Shown here: positions 62,464 to 64,000 of the stretch, in pieces
Numbering within the stretch: the stretch's first letter is position 1
Layout: every line of letters starts with the position of its first letter
NCBI GenBank assembly: GCA_021432655.1
Contig: MU271219.1
Coordinates: 1-64,000, forward strand
DNA: 64,000 nucleotides
Direction of reading: 5' to 3'
Source: Atractiella rhizophila
Taxonomy: Eukaryota
Notes under the pieces: generated by a model
Databases searched by the model: none
Told to the model about the DNA's origin: nothing
Seen by the model: the letters and a program-made list of their open reading frames with translations, nothing else
Translations under genes and position numbers: made by a program

Positions 62464-63231
62464 ATGTCGCGCATCGTATATAAGAACACGGCGTTCCCGC
62501 CCCCTTCTCCTCCCGCTGAAGACGCGTATCACCTCACCACCGTGCCCGAGGAGTACGATCTTAACTTCTGCTTTCCTGTCAAGGCACTCGAAAGTTCACT
62601 AGTGAAGCTGGAGCCGTTTATTGTCCGTCTTTCCATACTGATTAATTAAGACTGATGCGTCGCCGGATAGCCATCGCTGCATGCGCGAGAGTATTTCGAT
62701 GCACTCTCCGAATTTGATACCCAGACGCTCTTCAGCTACCTGCCCTATGGCCCATTTCCCACGCTTCATTCCTTCCTCAACTGGTTGGAACTCCGTATCC
62801 GCACCGACTCGGGGTCTCAGCTGTTCGTCATCCATTCCTCGGGCAAGTTGGCAGGCGTCATTGGCTACCTCAAAGGCAACTACGGTTTCAAATCCGTAGA
62901 GATTGGACACATCGTTATTCTCCCCACTTTCCAAGGTACAAAGGTCACTACGCACGCTGTGGGGTTGATGGAACAATATGCGATGGAAGAGCTGAAGTTG
63001 TGGAGGTGTCAGTGGTATTGTCACGACATGAACGCGAAGAGCAAAGGAGTTGCATTACGGATGGGGATGCAGGAGGAGGGCTTATTGAGGTGGGAGAAGA
63101 GGTTTGGGAATGATAAACCGGGTTTGGATGGGAGAGATTCAAAAGGCAGACATTCGCGCGTGCTTGCTGTCACATGGGAAGACTGGGAGAATGGGGTGCG
63201 TGAAAAGGTCAATGGATTATTGGAGGGATGA
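62464..63231 (+). CDS. GNAT acetyltransferase (RimJ/RimL-like), one intron at ~62624-62670
   Basis: LVKLEPFI|...LFSYLPYGPF...SVEIGHIVILPTFQGTKVTTHAVGLM...WRCQWYCHDMNAKSKGVALRMGMQEEGLLRW. Confidence 0.9.
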
Positions 63232-64000
63232 TGTATTCAACTCGAATTGGAGACACAAACTCCCACAGTTGTAACAAGTCCAACCATTTACAGAGCAATA
63301 TATTTTTCATTGAAATGAACGACAGTTACGATGGGTTACGGAAAAGAGAGACCACACTAGGTAAATTCAAGGCTAGAAAAAAAACAAGCCGTCAAAAATG
63401 CTTAGGTTGGTTGAGCCTACGATGGGCCACCAAATACATAAATGGATCGATAACCCTCATGTTTAACCCTGGCGTAAGTCTCATTGCCTCGCGATACCTT
63501 CTCCAACTTCTCAACCCACATCCTCCTTTTGTACATGGGTAACTTCTCATACTGTGTCCAATCCTCTTAAGGTCTTCATCGTACAGCATACCCAGATGGG
63601 CGGCGTGCAGTTCACGACAAACTCTAACTCCTCATGTTTGATTTTGGGAGGACAAGTGAGAGATGCGATCTTCATTTATCTGGCGTTTTTGTGGCATTGG
63701 TGCCAAAACGACGCAGCTGACAGGATTGACTACCTCGACGTATTTGCCCTCTTCAGTTCTTAAGAACTATGGGGATTACAGATGCCCGTATTTATCAATA
63801 TTCGACTTTGAAAACACGCTTAAGTAGACAAAAGCGATCCTAGTAGAAGAGGGTGCCAGATATGTCTGAACACTGGTGATGTGGATGGCTTGTTCAAGGA
63901 CGCTGTTGTTGGCAGAAGCGCGGAAAGAGAGTAACCACTGTGTAGACTCCAAATGGACCGGAGACGGTTGGAGTATTTGATGGGCAGTAGAAAAGGAATG

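Noticed and set aside
63380..64000. Possible degenerate minus-strand gene or TE
   Set aside because: Stop-rich, no diagnostic motif, and truncated by the window edge.

Overview
Eukaryotic, intron-rich fungal DNA. It is most likely a basidiomycete, judged from the ~45-60 nt GT-AG introns with GTRMGT/GTTCGT/GTGCGT donors and the DUF6533/DUF6534-like membrane proteins. The ORF track fragments most genes, so I spliced exons by hand; all gene models are manual. Ordinary content: a LINE 3' end, RTA1, dienelactone hydrolase, epoxide hydrolase, BTB protein, GH92 mannosidase, alpha/beta hydrolase, MFS permease and GNAT. The main points of interest are five. (1) A 14.4-27.5 kb minus-strand cluster in which one conserved N-terminal domain, inferred to be gasdermin-like, carries two different C-terminal modules: an RNase III-like domain in one paralogue and a C2HC zinc-finger module in the other. 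The cluster also has two free-standing copies of the zinc-finger module, an exon-level chimera, a 1.1 kb tandem duplication and a TIR transposon with TA duplication whose empty site is present in the window. (2) A 690-nt intron (60416-61105) with many nested helices that looks like a hidden structured RNA. (3) A head-to-head pair of highly diverged, paralogous 4-Cys secreted proteins. (4) An AGC kinase lacking its catalytic core. (5) Two Spt20-like paralogues bracketing the cluster. Family names come from motif recognition, not database searches.
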